Shown here: positions 33,390 through 52,950 of the stretch, piece after piece
Layout of the letters: every line of letters starts with the position of its first letter
Numbering within the stretch: position 1 is the stretch's first letter
Assembly (NCBI RefSeq): GCF_009914755.1
Contig: NC_060942.1
DNA length: 64,000 nt
Reading direction: 5' to 3' (one strand)
From: the human T2T-CHM13v2.0 reference genome, Homo sapiens
Made by a program: the position numbers and the translations under genes
Notes under the pieces: model-generated
Told to the model about the DNA's origin: nothing
Databases searched by the model: none
Seen by the model: only the letters and a program-made list of their open reading frames with translations

Positions 33390-35254
33390 GATCTTTTACA
33401 TAGTTCAGAGCTCTGTCCCCAAAGCCTTCTTTCATGAATCTAGGAATTTGTTCAGATGTTGGTAATGTTAATAATTGACGTTTTAAAAGTTAACATATTG
33501 AAACAATATTTACGGTGCCTGATGTCCTTGGTGGTCATTGACTCTTTAATACTTTTTAAAAAATATAAAACATATTCCTGTATGTAAAAGTTAACTAGTG
33601 TTACAGAGACTGTTACCGAAACCAATGCCAAAAAATGGAGTATCTTGATATAAATTGCAATGTGAGCAATTAATTTTTTTAAAAGAGAAGAAATTGCTTC
33701 TGACTATTCATATTAATAGGTTTCAAATAAGAAAACAAAGAGTTACACATGCAAGCTGCAAGTTTGGATTGAAGTCAGGGAACTTATAAATGTGTCATGC
33801 AGTACTTTTGAGAAATAAAAGCTCCCCACTCTGCTGGTGATCACAGAAGGAAAATATTTTGATCATTGCAGAAAATGAAAAAGCATACAAGAGTCATCCA
33901 GCTGATAACACCAAGATATATATAGTGCCAGAGATTAGCTTCACCTGTATCAGTATTTTTCCAAGAAATGCTCGCCTGTTTAAGTGAATCCTACCACTCT
34001 CTTAATTCCACACTGGTGACTGAGGACATAAGCGATGACTGTCACTCCATAGAGAAGCCTCGTCTGTAGCACCAAGTGGTCCACGCTGCATTGTCATCCT
34101 GCCCCAGCTGTGAGAGCATGACGTTGGGTGATTCACATTCCTGCTCCGTGTCTGACTCATCATCTTGCCCACAGGCCAAACCCATCTTTTATCACCTCTT
34201 GCTTGCAAATATTTATCTTAAAGCCATCTGGCAACCTAATGTTTTAAGTATCTTGATAAGTATTTATTTGAAGATATTGTGAAACTAAGAAATTTTAAGT
34301 TTAGATTTAGTGAGAAATTGCATTTTCCTATTTTCAAAAAGAGATATTTTAACTTCCCTTTCTACTTAAGTAAAACATGTCATCTCACTGAATATAAAAA
34401 GACCTCACTCCTTGACCTTTAATACTTGTCAAGGGATTCTAAAGATGAAGGCACTTTCAGTGCCAAAATTCATCCAACGTTCAAAAGCAAAAATTTTTTT
34501 CATCACCATCTCTATGCTAGGCCCTGAATTACAGGGAATACATGGTTTTTCTCATGACTTGATTTTTCAAGAAAATTTGAACCATAAAACATTATCATAA
34601 GGTGGAAGAAATTTATCAGAAATGCCATTCAAATGTACCTTTCTGGGCCATCCTATTTTCCAGAACAGCTTGCATATGGATGGAGAGAATAATTGAGGAA
34701 TGCAAGTTCTGAAAAGATGTCTCTTTTGAAGTTATATTTAATTTCCAGACTGCTTTATCCAGGCTCAGAGTCAAAATATTTAGCAATATAGTAGAAGATG
34801 CAAAATAGTTTTCTGCATCTTCTATTGGGGAAACTATACTTTCTAATATAAAATGGAGAGAAAGAAAGAAAAACTCCTATATATGGAGAATGGTTTGTCA
34901 TCAAATTTGGCTCATCTGGAGAAAACAGCACAGATGGTCTAGCTTGCTTCAGGACTGCAGTTTCGTGCCATGCATGATTCACCAGAGAAGGTAAATCAGC
35001 ATCTGCTCATTTCATTTTGTGTTCACTGTTGTAGTAATAGGTAGTAATGTGCATTAACATTCTTTTGTTGCTAGACCTTAGCAAGCAAATGAGTGTTATT
35101 TTCTAGCTAAATTAGAGACTATTTTTTCTATAGTTTTACATTCAGATTAATGAAGCAATGCTGAAAAAAATAAAACCACCTTTGCCCGCTTACTAAGATT
35201 TGGGACCTCTTCACTTGGAACACCCTTTGGTCAAGACCTAAAAGTAATTTCCTT

Positions 35255-35287
<33 letters not shown>

Positions 35288-35819
35288 AAAAGACTATCAA
35301 AGTAATTTCTCAGAAAGGAAAAACTGGGCTCTGTAATCAGTTATTCTAACACATGGTTGTTTATTAAAATATGGTCATGGGACATTTCTGTTTGTGACTG
35401 TGAAGGTGGATTTTAAAACATCCTTCCACACACGGATTTGACCTGTTTTTATGTTTCATAGTTGGCTCATATAAATATTACAAAAAATGAATGTTAACTT
35501 TAATAATGGAAAAATATGATTTCCTGACTCATAGTTTAGCAAATAGATTTATGCAAATCTGATGAAGTTAGTTTCTGTGTGGAAAGCAAATGTCTTTCTG
35601 GACTGTGCACGATACAGATCCCTATATTCCTTTTTGGTCATTCCCTGAGTTATATCTTATGGTTACAGGGAGCTACAATTCATTTATGGTGAGCCTTATC
35701 TATCTCTGGACTAAAAGTTACTGAAGAGAAGTTGTAGTATCTCTTCTACTTTGGTATCTGTAGTAGCTTCCATCGTGCGTAACATAGGGATAGTTCATTA
35801 ATACACACAAGAAATGTTT

Positions 35820-36600
35820 GTATCATAGATTCCTCTTTGCTAGGGCATGACAGAGATACTGTGGGTACCACAGTGAACAAATTGTCATCATTCTTGAGCT
35901 TTTATTCCAGTGGATGGAGACAGGTAACAAAGAGAGAAATACAAAACATGTATAGTATATTTGAAAGTGATAAGTGCTATAAAGGAAAACAAAGCATTGT
36001 AAGTACATAAAAAAAAATCAAAGTATGGAGGTTGTAATGTATAAAGGGTTCCCAGAGAAGGCCTGGCTGAAAAGGTGCTATGAACTGAAATGTGGCCCCC
36101 CTACCAAATTCATAAGCTGAACCTCTATACCCAATGTAACTGTATGTGGATATAAGACCTATAATGAGGTAATTAAACTTAAATAAGGTCATAATGGTGG
36201 GGCTGTAATCCAAGAAAATTGGTGTCCTTATAAGAAGAGTGAGACACCAGATATCTCTCTGTCCATGTGAGCATGGAGGAAAGACCATGTGAGGACACAG
36301 AAAGAAGGCTGCCATCTGCAAGCCAGAAAGAGAGACCTCTCCAGAAACCAACCCTGCTGGCACTTTGATTTTGGACTTCCAGCATCCAGAACTGTGAGAA
36401 AATAAATTTCTATTGTTGAAGCCGCCAGTCCATGGTATTCTGTTGTGCAGCCCAAGATAATTGAGAGGGAAAGAATATTTGCGTAGAGAATGGAAGAAAG
36501 TGTGAAGGTGTGGGACCATGTCAAGTGGACAACAAGTGGAGAGACTTCCCATGCAGAGGCAGAAACAAATGTAAGGCTCTGGATCCCAGTGTACTATGGT
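35820..36600 (-). mobile_element. L2 3' fragment interrupted by an MLT1 LTR
   Basis: gggtaccacagtgaacaaa..cttgagcttttattccagtgg..gtgataagtgctataaaggaaaa before the LTR, with similar sequence resuming after it. Confidence 0.6.
36076..36466 (+). mobile_element. MLT1A/B-type MaLR solo LTR
   Basis: tgctatgaactgaaatgt..ggtgtccttataagaagag..ccatgtgaggacacag..gccatctgcaagccag..ggacttccagcatccagaactgtgagaaaataaatttct. Confidence 0.9.
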
Positions 36601-37089
36601 AGGTAATTAAAATAAAATTACTCTCAGAATCTCCTACTAAGAAGAGGAGGCTCCTATAGAAGGTAAGATAATGAACTTGTAAGGCTGTCTGTTTATCAAG
36701 GTTCTTGCATGAGTGATGAGATCAGCTATTTTCGAAGACCTAACTTGACAAAAAGTATAACTTTTTCAGTAAATGATTTAAATTATTTATTTTTCCTTTG
36801 CCCATGTCATTAGACTTCTAAGGAAAAGTTGGATTATTTATTCACCAAGCAAGATAATAAAGGGCCTTATGTATTAATCATTTTATCTCAGGCTTTGCTA
36901 GATCTAAAGCCACCTCTGAGAACTAAGAAGTTGGTTTTCTCATTTTCAGATAAAGTAAGAGTCAAAGATACTAAGTCAACTGAAGGAATCCACTTTCTCC
37001 AAAGGTCCTGCCCTTTATAAACCATGAGTTTTAGGTAAATGTCAGCGTGCGTGGACTGCTCCAGTCTTCTTTGTTGTGAGTAGCTGTAC

Positions 37090-37250
37090 TTTTTTCTTTT
37101 CTTTAGAGGCAGGGCCCCACTCTGTCACTCAGGCTGGAATGCAGTAGTGTATCATGGCTCACTGTAACCTCAAACTCCAGGGCTCAATTGATCCTCTCAC
37201 CTCAGCTTCCAGAGTAGCTGTGATTATAGGCATGAGCCACTGCACCTGGC
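37090..37250 (-). mobile_element. Alu monomer (FRAM/AluJ right-arm-like)
   Basis: A single Alu arm in reverse orientation, flanked by the direct repeat tagctgta (37081-37088 and 37251-37258). Confidence 0.85.
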
Positions 37251-38450
37251 TAGCTGTAAATTTTAAGAAAACTGTCAGTAGAGATATGTTTTTGTTTAGT
37301 GGAGTATTTCGTTATATTTTTTTCAAAACTTCTGAACACTGTATACACCACTTGACCTGTACTTGACAATTAGAGCCTGTAAAATGCAAAGTCTTAAAAA
37401 ATCCAAAAAACATAAATTCAAGGTTTGCCTTTCAATAAAGTCTATAAAAGCATCTGCTCTGAATACTCCCTTGCCATATTTAAGTACCATGGAGAAGAAA
37501 GAAACTAGTAAGCATACAATAACTCTATACTGAACCAGGAAGAAACTTCGTCTGGCTGGCTATACCTCTACCTTTCTGCATATTGCCTGACAGAATACTA
37601 GAGTTGAAAGAACACACACCATAGGACCAGAAAGTCTTGTTTGAATTCAGATTTTGACATTTACAAACAATGTAACCTGGGTTACTTAACCCAACTGACC
37701 ATCCAAGCTTACCTATAAGATGGAATTATGGTAACCTGGCAAGATTGTTGTGAGGGGTAGAATACATATATACTGCTTAGCATAATGTTTGTTGTATGTT
37801 ATGATCACAATATGTGATCTCTAGTATTCAAAGAGTCATACTCTTCCTAACAGAGTCTTCAAAGCCTGCATTTTGAAGTTGGAAATGAACTCTTGATAAA
37901 CACCATTGTTCCCTTAATATTACCCTAATGTTAGGATATATCATCATTTCCACTTAATAAAGGAAGAAATTGAGACAAATGAAAGCTAAATGTTCTTCCA
38001 AGTTTGTGCATTTTCTATTAATGTTATTGTTGAGGTCATCTGCCTATATAATTTTATTCAGATTGCCAGTGGTTCTGAAACTTTAAAGTGCATTGAAATA
38101 GATGCAGAATTCTGGCCCTCACCCTTGAGGTTTTGATGTAGGATGACTCTTAAGTGATTCTAATCAGAAAGTTCTAATCAGAAAGCAACAAATTCATTGT
38201 ACCAGAATCTTTCTCTATATAAACTATTTATATACTACTTAACATTGGAAGGCTGAAAATCATTGGCTACCTAGCCTTCAAAACTAACAACAGTTATCTG
38301 TAAAAGTAAATATTAGAAAAATTGGCAAATATTTAACAAAAGAGAACTGATTATATAAATTGGTCTAGCCATGTGGGAATATTATGCAATCACCATATAG
38401 AATATTGAGAAAAATAACCAATGACATGTAACTTGTACTATGTTGAGTGA

Positions 38451-38795
<345 letters not shown>

Positions 38796-41719
38796 CAATT
38801 GGTATTGCTGAAAAAACAACTCTACATCAAAAAAGAGAATATATATAATCGCAAGTGACTATTAATGTTTAATTCTAGGTGTGAAGATTGTGAGTAAATT
38901 TATTTGTCTTTTCTAAATTCTTCATTTCTTCTCTCAATATGTGTGACTTCTGTTAGCAGGTTTCTATGGCTATTAAAAGTAATAGCAACTTTTAAGTATG
39001 GGGAAAGCAACTATGCAAATTCACAAAGCCATTCTAGGTAATATTAAAAATTATATTCATAGAATATTAGGTAGTTAAGTTTGTTTTAAATGTTTATTTT
39101 TCTCATAGTTGAATATGCTAGTTTATATTACAGAGATTAATTAGATGAATATTATCTATCATATGATATTTTATTGAAAATAATAGTCTTTTAGCATGCT
39201 ACATGATAAATGATAGGATTAAACAATAAGATAGTACATTGGTACAGGGTATTTATTACATTTCTGCTGCCACCCAGTGGCTGCTCCATCTGTTTTATAT
39301 ATATTGCTCATCTAGCTAATTGTCCAGTAAAGTTGCTCACAAAGAGCACTCTTGTAGGTAGAATCAACTTGCTCTGAAGCAGCAGTGATTTTCTAGGTCT
39401 AGGAATAACCAATTAAAGCATATCAAGTCAGAGAGAAATCTTTCCACAGAACAACAGTAAGATGTTTTGAGTCCACATGGCTAATCTGCCAACAGACATT
39501 ATTTGTGCTGCAAATTATAGAATCTTTTTCTTGCTATAACAGAGTCCTTCTTAAGCTAATTTTTCATAAGTCTTGTGCAAAGGACAGTTGCCCCACAGTA
39601 GCAGTCGCTAACACCTGCTTGCCGAATTAGATCCAATCACCTTTAACTCAGAGAAGACAAAAGCTGTGGATGAAGCCAAATTAGAGTTGGACATCCCTCA
39701 GGACCAGCAAGAGAAGACAGCCGGCTGCAGTTCATCAGGAGCACAGCTACACAAAGTCTTTCAGGTCTTCTAATAGCTGAGGCAAGGCCCCCAGAGTTTG
39801 ATTTAAATGAAAATATATAAAACCATGAAGGAAAAATAAGAAAATATATATCTGAACAAGTTCCAATTCTAAGAAATTCTCCAATTTACTAAGACATTTT
39901 AGAAAACAAACCACATCTAGAAAACCAAATGAGAAATACAAAAATTAACTACGTAAGTCAGTGTTTGCATAGATTTGCAAAAGCCTTGACATAAGAATGA
40001 AGAAATACACACCCAAATATCATCAGTGGTGGTGGGATATGTGTGGGACAGACAGGAAAACTACCTTCCTGCGCCTCTCTAGTTTTTGAATTGTTACAGA
40101 GCGTACACAACAATAAATATAATGTTTAAAGCCTATGAAATATGTATTGTGAGATAGAAGGAAAAGATAATTAAGCACTGGGCTAGTGGCTTCTTCTTGC
40201 ATTCCTTTGGGTAGAAGGTAAAAAACCAACAACCTGGAATAGTCTTGGGCAGGCCTCTATAGGGGTCAATTTTCCAAAAGAAGACATTAATTTCAGAAGG
40301 GGTGAAGATTGAGATTCCTCAACACAAAACAAGGCAATTCGAGGCCCAAAGAGCAACCAGGTCAGACAAATGTAAAACAGAGACATCTTTTGATTGAAAA
40401 GACAACTCATAAAGTTGAAGCCAATCCTAAATCAAAATTTTGGAAAGCCACTGTCAAAAAGTAATTTTGGAGCTGAAGAAAATGAATGCAAAAGCACTAG
40501 TATAAAACAATAGCAAATTTCAAATTCTGATTAAGCCATGGTGATCTACTATGGTTGTTCTGAATACAGAAGACTGGAAAACCCTTCAGTAATTGTGAAA
40601 ATCACACTCATGAATGTTGCCTTACAGGTTATTAATTCTAAACTAGGGAAGCAGATTTTGGAGGATTTGAAGGTAGGGCAAAGAAAGGTCAGTTAAACAG
40701 ACTTGAATCTCAGGGTCTTTCATTTTTGCAGAGATCTTTCTTTGGGACCAGCCTGTCATTTTAAGCTTAGAGGGATAGGCATGATTTTCACTTTTTTGTT
40801 GTTTGTTTGTTTTTGCTTTGGTTACAGGGATCTTACCTTTATGTCACCCTTTTGGTATGGCTTGCTGTGTCAGATTTTGACTTTGGAAGATTGTTACCTG
40901 AATGGCAAATTGAGATCTGTCATTTATTTCTCCCTTCTTGGAGAATTAGTGCCTTATAAACCTGAAAGGAATAAATTCTTGATTGTACTCTATTGACTAA
41001 TTTAGAAACATAGTGATTTATATTTTGTTAAATTAATAATGTGTGAAATGACTCGGTACATGTTTGTTCTAATTATGCTTCTGAACTCTTATTAAAATCA
41101 ATCAAAATTCATCTCCGTAGTTTCAGAACAATAACAGTTGATATACATTTATATTACTGATGAAACTGTAAATATTGAGTAAAGAAGACAGGAAATACAT
41201 TAAGACCCATTAAAGTATTTGTTTCTATAAGATTAAGTGCTTGCTGACCACTGGTATACAGTAGGCTTCCCCATTCACTTCTCTCTCTTCCACTTTTCCT
41301 GCTTCATTTTTCTCTGTAAAATTATAACTGTTAAATACAAAGCTTGAAGGATGACTTGGATAAATATTAAAACACAGTAATCATTTAAACAGCATAGATA
41401 TGATACTTTTATATTTTTCAAATCTCAAAGTCAGCATAGTAATAAGTGATTGTTTCACTTTTTCTTAAGAAAGAAAAGAAGGAAAGAAGTGTTATTTTCC
41501 AACACAAATTATCTTCAAACAGTACTGAAATCCATTTGTGATGTATCCATATTACTATTATTTAATTTGTATTGTGATATTCTTAAAAATATTCTTATTT
41601 AACTTTATAAACAAATTCAAGTGTTAGCTCATTAAACTTTTATATCTTATGTTTCCATTTTCAGTTCCTATTCAGTAATTATGTATCTTATACTGTAATC
41701 AATTTTATTAGTCTGGAGC

Positions 41720-41882
41720 AAAGATTCTCAAGTATTAGTGTGCCAAGAATTCATGTGGATACTTGTCAAAAATGTAGATTCTGGGTCTCTGCCATCAGAA
41801 TTGGTACATCAGGAATGGGAACCAAGAATCTACATATGTAATGGGCAACTCAGGTGATTCTGATATACATAGTCTAGAGATT
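41720..41882. mobile_element. MER5-like (hAT-Charlie) element
   Basis: attctcaagtattagtgtgc..aaaaatgtagattctggg..ggaaccaagaatctacat..caggtgattctgat. Confidence 0.6.
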
Positions 41883-43564
41883 AAAATATGTGATTGTCAT
41901 CTATCATTACAGTATCCTTACATGTAGTGTAACTATAATAATCCCTTAAGAACTTAATATTTCCTGGAGAAGAGTGGACAGTGAAATTCATATTATGAAT
42001 ACCTCTGGAGAGGTGACCTTACATTGAGAAGAATAATTTATTCATTTTGTGGGAAAAAGATATGAGCTGGGACTTGGTAAACACATAAAATGAGCTCAGT
42101 GTCCAGTATAGCACAAAAGCAAACGATATTTCTCCTTTCCCTTGCCTTTTTAATTTAGTGTCAGCTCCAGGGTTTCTGTTTCTTCCATTTTACCTTTTAA
42201 ATTTATTTGACTGTTTTCCACACAGGCTATTTGAGTAGGGTGATAAAAGCAAGTTTTTGATGAATTAAAATCCACTCTATGAATTTTAATGTACTTAATA
42301 ATTATATTCTATTAGCCTTTTCACTAAAGAGCATTTCACTTGAAAAGAAAATGTGTCCTGCTGGTTAAAATGAAAGCTTTTTGCTTTAATTTATTTTCTA
42401 ACCTGTTATCAGCCCTTATGCTGAATCAACTAGAGTTATGTAATTATTTATTTCTTCTTGCAAAAACCAGAAGGGTACACTTCTTGAAGGAAATTTCCGT
42501 CACTGAAGAAGTATATGTTATTCTAAATATCTTGTAGCATACTTGTTATATATATGTGAAATCATATATTACAAATTTAATATGGAGTTAACTTTATTGC
42601 ATTTCATTCATAGGATTAATCTATTTATATTCCTAATGTTCTTAAAGTAACCTTTGAATTTTCACACAGTTGATCACTAAAGACTTTGGCTAATTGTGTA
42701 ACACTTGCCTTCATGAATATTTTGCTAATATACAATTTTACAATATTAAGTTTCTCTTCTGTATTTTTCCTAATCATGGTGTGGAAATAAGTACTTATGG
42801 TTAGAATTTTAAGAGAGGATACTTCAGATATTGGATAAATAACTACTGCAGTGTTAAAATGTGACTGTTGTAAAGTGAAGTACTTACATTTTTTACCCTC
42901 TAGATTATCAAATAGTAATAAACCATAAACAATTAGATGACAGGTGAGGCCTTTAAGCTTTTGATCCACATCAACCAGAAGACCTTGGACAAAGCTCATA
43001 AAAGACACAGCAATATTTTCTTAATGTGGATAATTGAGTTTACTGTGTTCTCTTTCATTTCCTAAGTATGGATCTTTCAATCATTACAGAAGGGAATTTG
43101 ACTCATTTTCTCCACTATGCATCTAACATATTCTACGTCCATAATATGGTTCTGTCTGTACCATCCTGCCTGGGTTTCTCAGATCACCTGAAATTTACTA
43201 TTTAACATATTTAAATGGATCTGTGATAAGTATAATGTAGCTTGTTTGAAAGAAAGACTTTTATTTTTGGTTAACCTCCTGTGGTGCTTTGCACAGGTAA
43301 AGTTTAAATAATCTGGACTTTACAGTCTGGGATCTGAGGTTCAAGTAAGAGCTCTACCATTAGTAGCTTTGTGATTCTTAAGTCTCTGATTCTTAATTTC
43401 CTTGGCTAATTTGCACATACGCCATCTAAAAGTGCAAATAAAATGCTTCCTTATGTTCTAGCTAAAGATCACTAGCATGAGGGAAATTCAAAAATTAAAT
43501 TTAGCCAAGTCTGGTAACCTCAGTCTGATCAAATAACTTAAAGTTACCTTTAAAGTAACACCCC

Positions 43565-43820
43565 TATATATATATATATAATTATATATATAACATATTT
43601 TTATATATTATATATAATATATATATTTATATATAAACTATATATTATATATAATATATATAAATTATATTTTATATATAAAAATAATATAAACTGTTCT
43701 ATATATAATATAATCTATAATATAATAATATAAACTGTTCTTATATATTATATTCTAATATATATTAGAACAGTTTATATTATATATATATCTAATATAT
43801 ATTAGATATATATATATTAG
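43565..43820. repeat. AT-rich low-complexity tract with embedded palindromes
   Basis: (TA)n-rich. Perfect 36-bp palindrome at 43781-43816 and 18-bp palindrome at 43753-43770. Confidence 0.9.
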
Positions 43821-44439
43821 AACAGCTTTAGATTTAAGTAAAATTGAAGAGATAATACAAAGAACTTCCATATACCCTGATGCAGTTTTCCCTGTCATTA
43901 ACAAATTGCATTAGTATGGTATATTTAGTATAATTAATGAAACAGTATTGATGCATTATTTTTAATTAAAGTCTCTATTTTATTCAGATTTACTTAGTGT
44001 TACCTAATGTCTTTTTCTGTTCCAGGATCCCATCTGGGGTATTATATTATCTTAGTAATCATGTCTTCATAGGCTCCTGTTGGCTGTGGAGTTTCCAAGA
44101 CTTTCTAGTTATTGATGACTATAAGTTTTGAGGAGTACTTTTGAGGTACCTTCACAGATGCATCTTTATTGGAATTTATCTGATGTCTTTTTCATGATTA
44201 GAATGCAGATATGGGGCTTTGGAAGGAAGAAGGGAGATAAAGTGAAATCCTCATCACATCAACATGATTTGTCACTGCTGATACTGACATGGATTACCTG
44301 ACTGAAGTGGTATTTATTAACAACAGGTTTTTCTACTGCAAAGTACTCCATTTTCCCCCTTCCATCCTGTACTCTTTGAAAGGAGTATCACTAGGCACAC
44401 TCCGCATTAAAGGAGTGGGAATGTGCACTCCCTCTCCAT

Positions 44440-46196
<1,757 letters not shown>

Positions 46197-49100
46197 TGTT
46201 CCTTGAGAACAGGGTATCTACATAAATTATTTCAAGACAGATTTTTTCTCTTCTCCCTCATTTATTTATATATTTATTCAATAATTCATTTATACCAGTA
46301 TGGACTCGTGGATATTTATCTTTATTTTAAATTTATAATCCAATACTTCATTTTCTTGCTCAAATTGTTCTGCTTTTGGCCATTGGGATCTCCTTCAGTT
46401 AGCTCTTGTGTTTCTTTGGAATATCTATATCAATGTAGAGTGTTTTGGCGGTTTTAAAATATTTTTGGTCTTTTAAAAATTTTTTGAGCACTTTCTTAAC
46501 TTTCTATAATAACAACACAGGATACTCGAGTTTCATAGTGTATAATTCCAAGACTTTCTAGTTATTGATGAGTATAAGTTTTGAGGAGTACTTTTGAGGT
46601 ATTTTCAGAGATGCATCTTGTTCATCTTGTATAATTTCTGCCCTGGTTTTAAAATCAGCTATTTCTCCAAGATATTTTTAATTGGAAAATGGTATTCGAA
46701 ACCAATGGCATTAGAAATCAACATCTGGGTACTAGATGGGTTTCTTGTTACTGGGTTCTCATTGCTTCTTGGCCTTTTCAGTTGAGAGAATAAGGCAGTA
46801 TATGTGGGCCTACTTACTCATGTTTTCACGCCTATTTATATAAGTAAACATCTATGTCTCTAGGAAGCTAAACATGAATCCATAATGATGTCTTCAACTC
46901 TGATCCATTACTATATACAACTCATCCAACTGTCCATCCCTTACTTATCTCCAAATTCCCACTCCATAGTGAGAAGCTTGCTTCCACCATCCATTTATTT
47001 AAGTGTTCAATTTCAATATAAATGTGTAGCAATATCAGAATTTCAACCTATACCACAATGGGAAATAATTTGTATCAACTAGGGTACAGTACTAATGTAG
47101 AGTTCCTCTTGCTTTCAGTTTAATGAATTTCAGCCACTCCCAAAGTTACTTAAGTCAGCAGATATTCCCACAACTCCCATCATTGAGATTATTTATAAAT
47201 TTGTATACAAGTAGATTCTCGATACGTCTGCATTCCACCCTGCAATCTCCTGGCCTCCGAAACAATTGTTTTTAAATTTGCCTACATTAATGTTACCCTC
47301 TGTGCTGGAAAGTTCTTTGGGTTTTGACAAATACATAATGTCATGTAACTACCATTATGGTATCATACAGAATAATTTCACTGTTCTAAATATGTCCTGT
47401 ACTTTACCTATTCAACCCTTCCTTCTCTCCCCAAACTCCTGGCAACTACTAATGTTTTTACTGTCTCCAGAGTCTTGCCTTTTTCCAGATGTTGTATAAT
47501 TGAAATAACAGAGTATGTAGACTTTCCAGAATGGCTTCTTTCACTTAGCTAGATACAGGGTCATCCATGTCTTCACTTAGCTTTATAGCTCATTTATTTT
47601 TATCATTCAATAATATTCCATTGTTTGGAAGTATTACAATTTATCAGTTTATCTATTGAAGATCATCTTGGGTGATTCAGGTTTTGGCAATCATGAATAA
47701 AGCTGCTATAAACATTCATGTTCAGGTTTTTGTGAGGCCTAAACTTTAAAATCAATTAGGTAAATACCTTGGGGCCTGATTATTGGGTTGTATGGTAAGA
47801 CCGTGTTTACCTTTATAAAAACTGCCAAACTGTATTCCAAGATGATTGTGACATTTTGCATTCCCACTTGCATGAATGAGGATTCTTGTTGCTCTCCATC
47901 CTCACCAGCATTTAATATAAAGTTTAGCCATTCTAATACATTTGTAGTGGCATCTTATTGTTCTTTAAATTTGTAATTCTCTTATGACATTTTCTGTTTA
48001 GCATATTTTCCTATGTTTCTTTGCCATTTGTATGTTTATTGGCAAGTCCTTTATTCAGATCTTTGGCCTATTTTTTAATTGAGTTGTTTTTTTTTATTGT
48101 TGAGGTTTGAAAGTTGTTTGTATATTTTGTAAAAGGTGAAAGATTTATCTGAAGATAAACAAGGGTTGTTCGTATATTTTGGATATATATACTTTATCAA
48201 ATTTGTGTTTTGCAAATATTTTCTCCAAGACCATCACCTGTATTTTAATTATCTTATAGTGAGTTTTTACAAAGGTGGAAATTTTTGATTTTAGTAAAGT
48301 TTAACATTTTTTTCCTTCATGGACTATGCTCCTGATGCTGTATCTGAAAACTTACCTGCAAACCAAAGGTCACATAAATTTTCTTCCAGATTTTTTCTGG
48401 AAGTTTTATAGTTTTACATTTTACATTTAGGCTTTGATTAATTTTGAGTTAATTTTTGTGAAAGAAATGAAGTCTATATTTAGTTTATTCTTGTACATGA
48501 ACATCCAGTTGTTACAGTACCACTTGTTGAGAAGTCTGTCCTTTCTCTGTTGACTTTCCTTTGTTCCTTTGTTGAAGATCATTGAAGATATTTGTGTCGG
48601 TAAATTTCTGGGCCCTTTATTTTGTTCCATTGATCAATATGTCTCTTATTTTGCCAATACCATGCTGCCTTGATTGCTGCAATTTTACAGACAGTCTTAA
48701 AGTCAGGTCATATCAATCCTGTAATTTTGTTCTTCTACCTCGGTATTGTATTGTTTCTTCAGTTTTTTTTTTGTTTTTTTTGTTTTGTTTTGTCTTCCCA
48801 TATAAACTTTAGTATTAGTTTGTCAATAGCTACAAAATAGTATGCTAGAATATTGACTGGGCTTGCATTGACTGTATAAATCGAGTTAAGAATTGATAAC
48901 ACTATTGAAACTTCTAATCCATGAACATGGAATAGCTCCATTTATGTAGTTTTTTTATTTTTGAAAAGTCAGAGTTGTACAGGTATCTGCATATAGATAA
49001 TGCTCATATTTTGTTAGACTTATACTTAAGTATTTCATTTTTTGTTCCTATTGTGAATGATTTTTGTGTTTTTAATTCTACATTTCAGTTGCTCATCGAT

Positions 49101-49887
49101 GGTATATAAGAAAGCAGCCGGCTTTGTATGGTCACCTTGTATGCTAACTATGATATAGTTGTAGGTTTTTTGTAGAATTTTCTTTTTAATAAAATTGAGG
49201 AAGTTCCCCTTTATTCCTAGTTTTTTGAGTGTTTATATTGTGAATGTGTACTGGATTTTGTTAAATGCTTTTTATGTATTAATGTGATTGTATGCTTTTT
49301 TCCTTTAGCCTACTGATACAGTGGATTATATTAATTAATTTTTAAATGTTGAACCAGACTTGTGTACCTGGAATAAATGCCACTTGATCTCTATGTAAAG
49401 TTCTTTTCACATACTGTTGGATTAAATTTGCCATCATTTTCTTAAGGAACTTTCCATTTATGTTCATGAGAGATATTTGTCTATAGTTTTCTTTCTAATA
49501 ATGTATTTATCTGATTTTGGTATTAGAATAACTCTGGACTCTTGAAATGAGAAAGTGTTTCCTCTGCTTTCACTTTCTGAAAGATATTGCAGGGAATGGG
49601 AATTACTTCTTTAAGTGATTGGTAGAATTTATCAGTAAAATCATCTAGGGCCTCGTAATTTCTCTTTTAGACTCAAGTTCTACTGATTCAATTTCAGCTA
49701 ATAGGAAGTGAGATAGAAAGGACTTTAAACTGAGATTTTATGTTAGTCTGGCTAGGCATTGGGTTGAGTTTAATGTTTTCTAGAGTTGTGGTGACTAGAT
49801 GCTTAACATTTCCCTAAACTACAGTCCTTCTTTTCTTTTTTCTCATGGTCTTTGGTTTTCCCTAAGAACTTTTAAAACACAGTCTGT

Positions 49888-52950
<3,063 letters not shown>

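Noticed and set aside
35977-36552. 191-aa ORF on the - strand
   Set aside because: It lies almost entirely in the antisense of an MLT1 LTR and is a typical repeat-derived spurious ORF.
38158-38185. 14-bp tandem duplication ttctaatcagaaag x2
   Set aside because: Real, but an ordinary micro-duplication at the edge of a MER5-like relic with no further signal.
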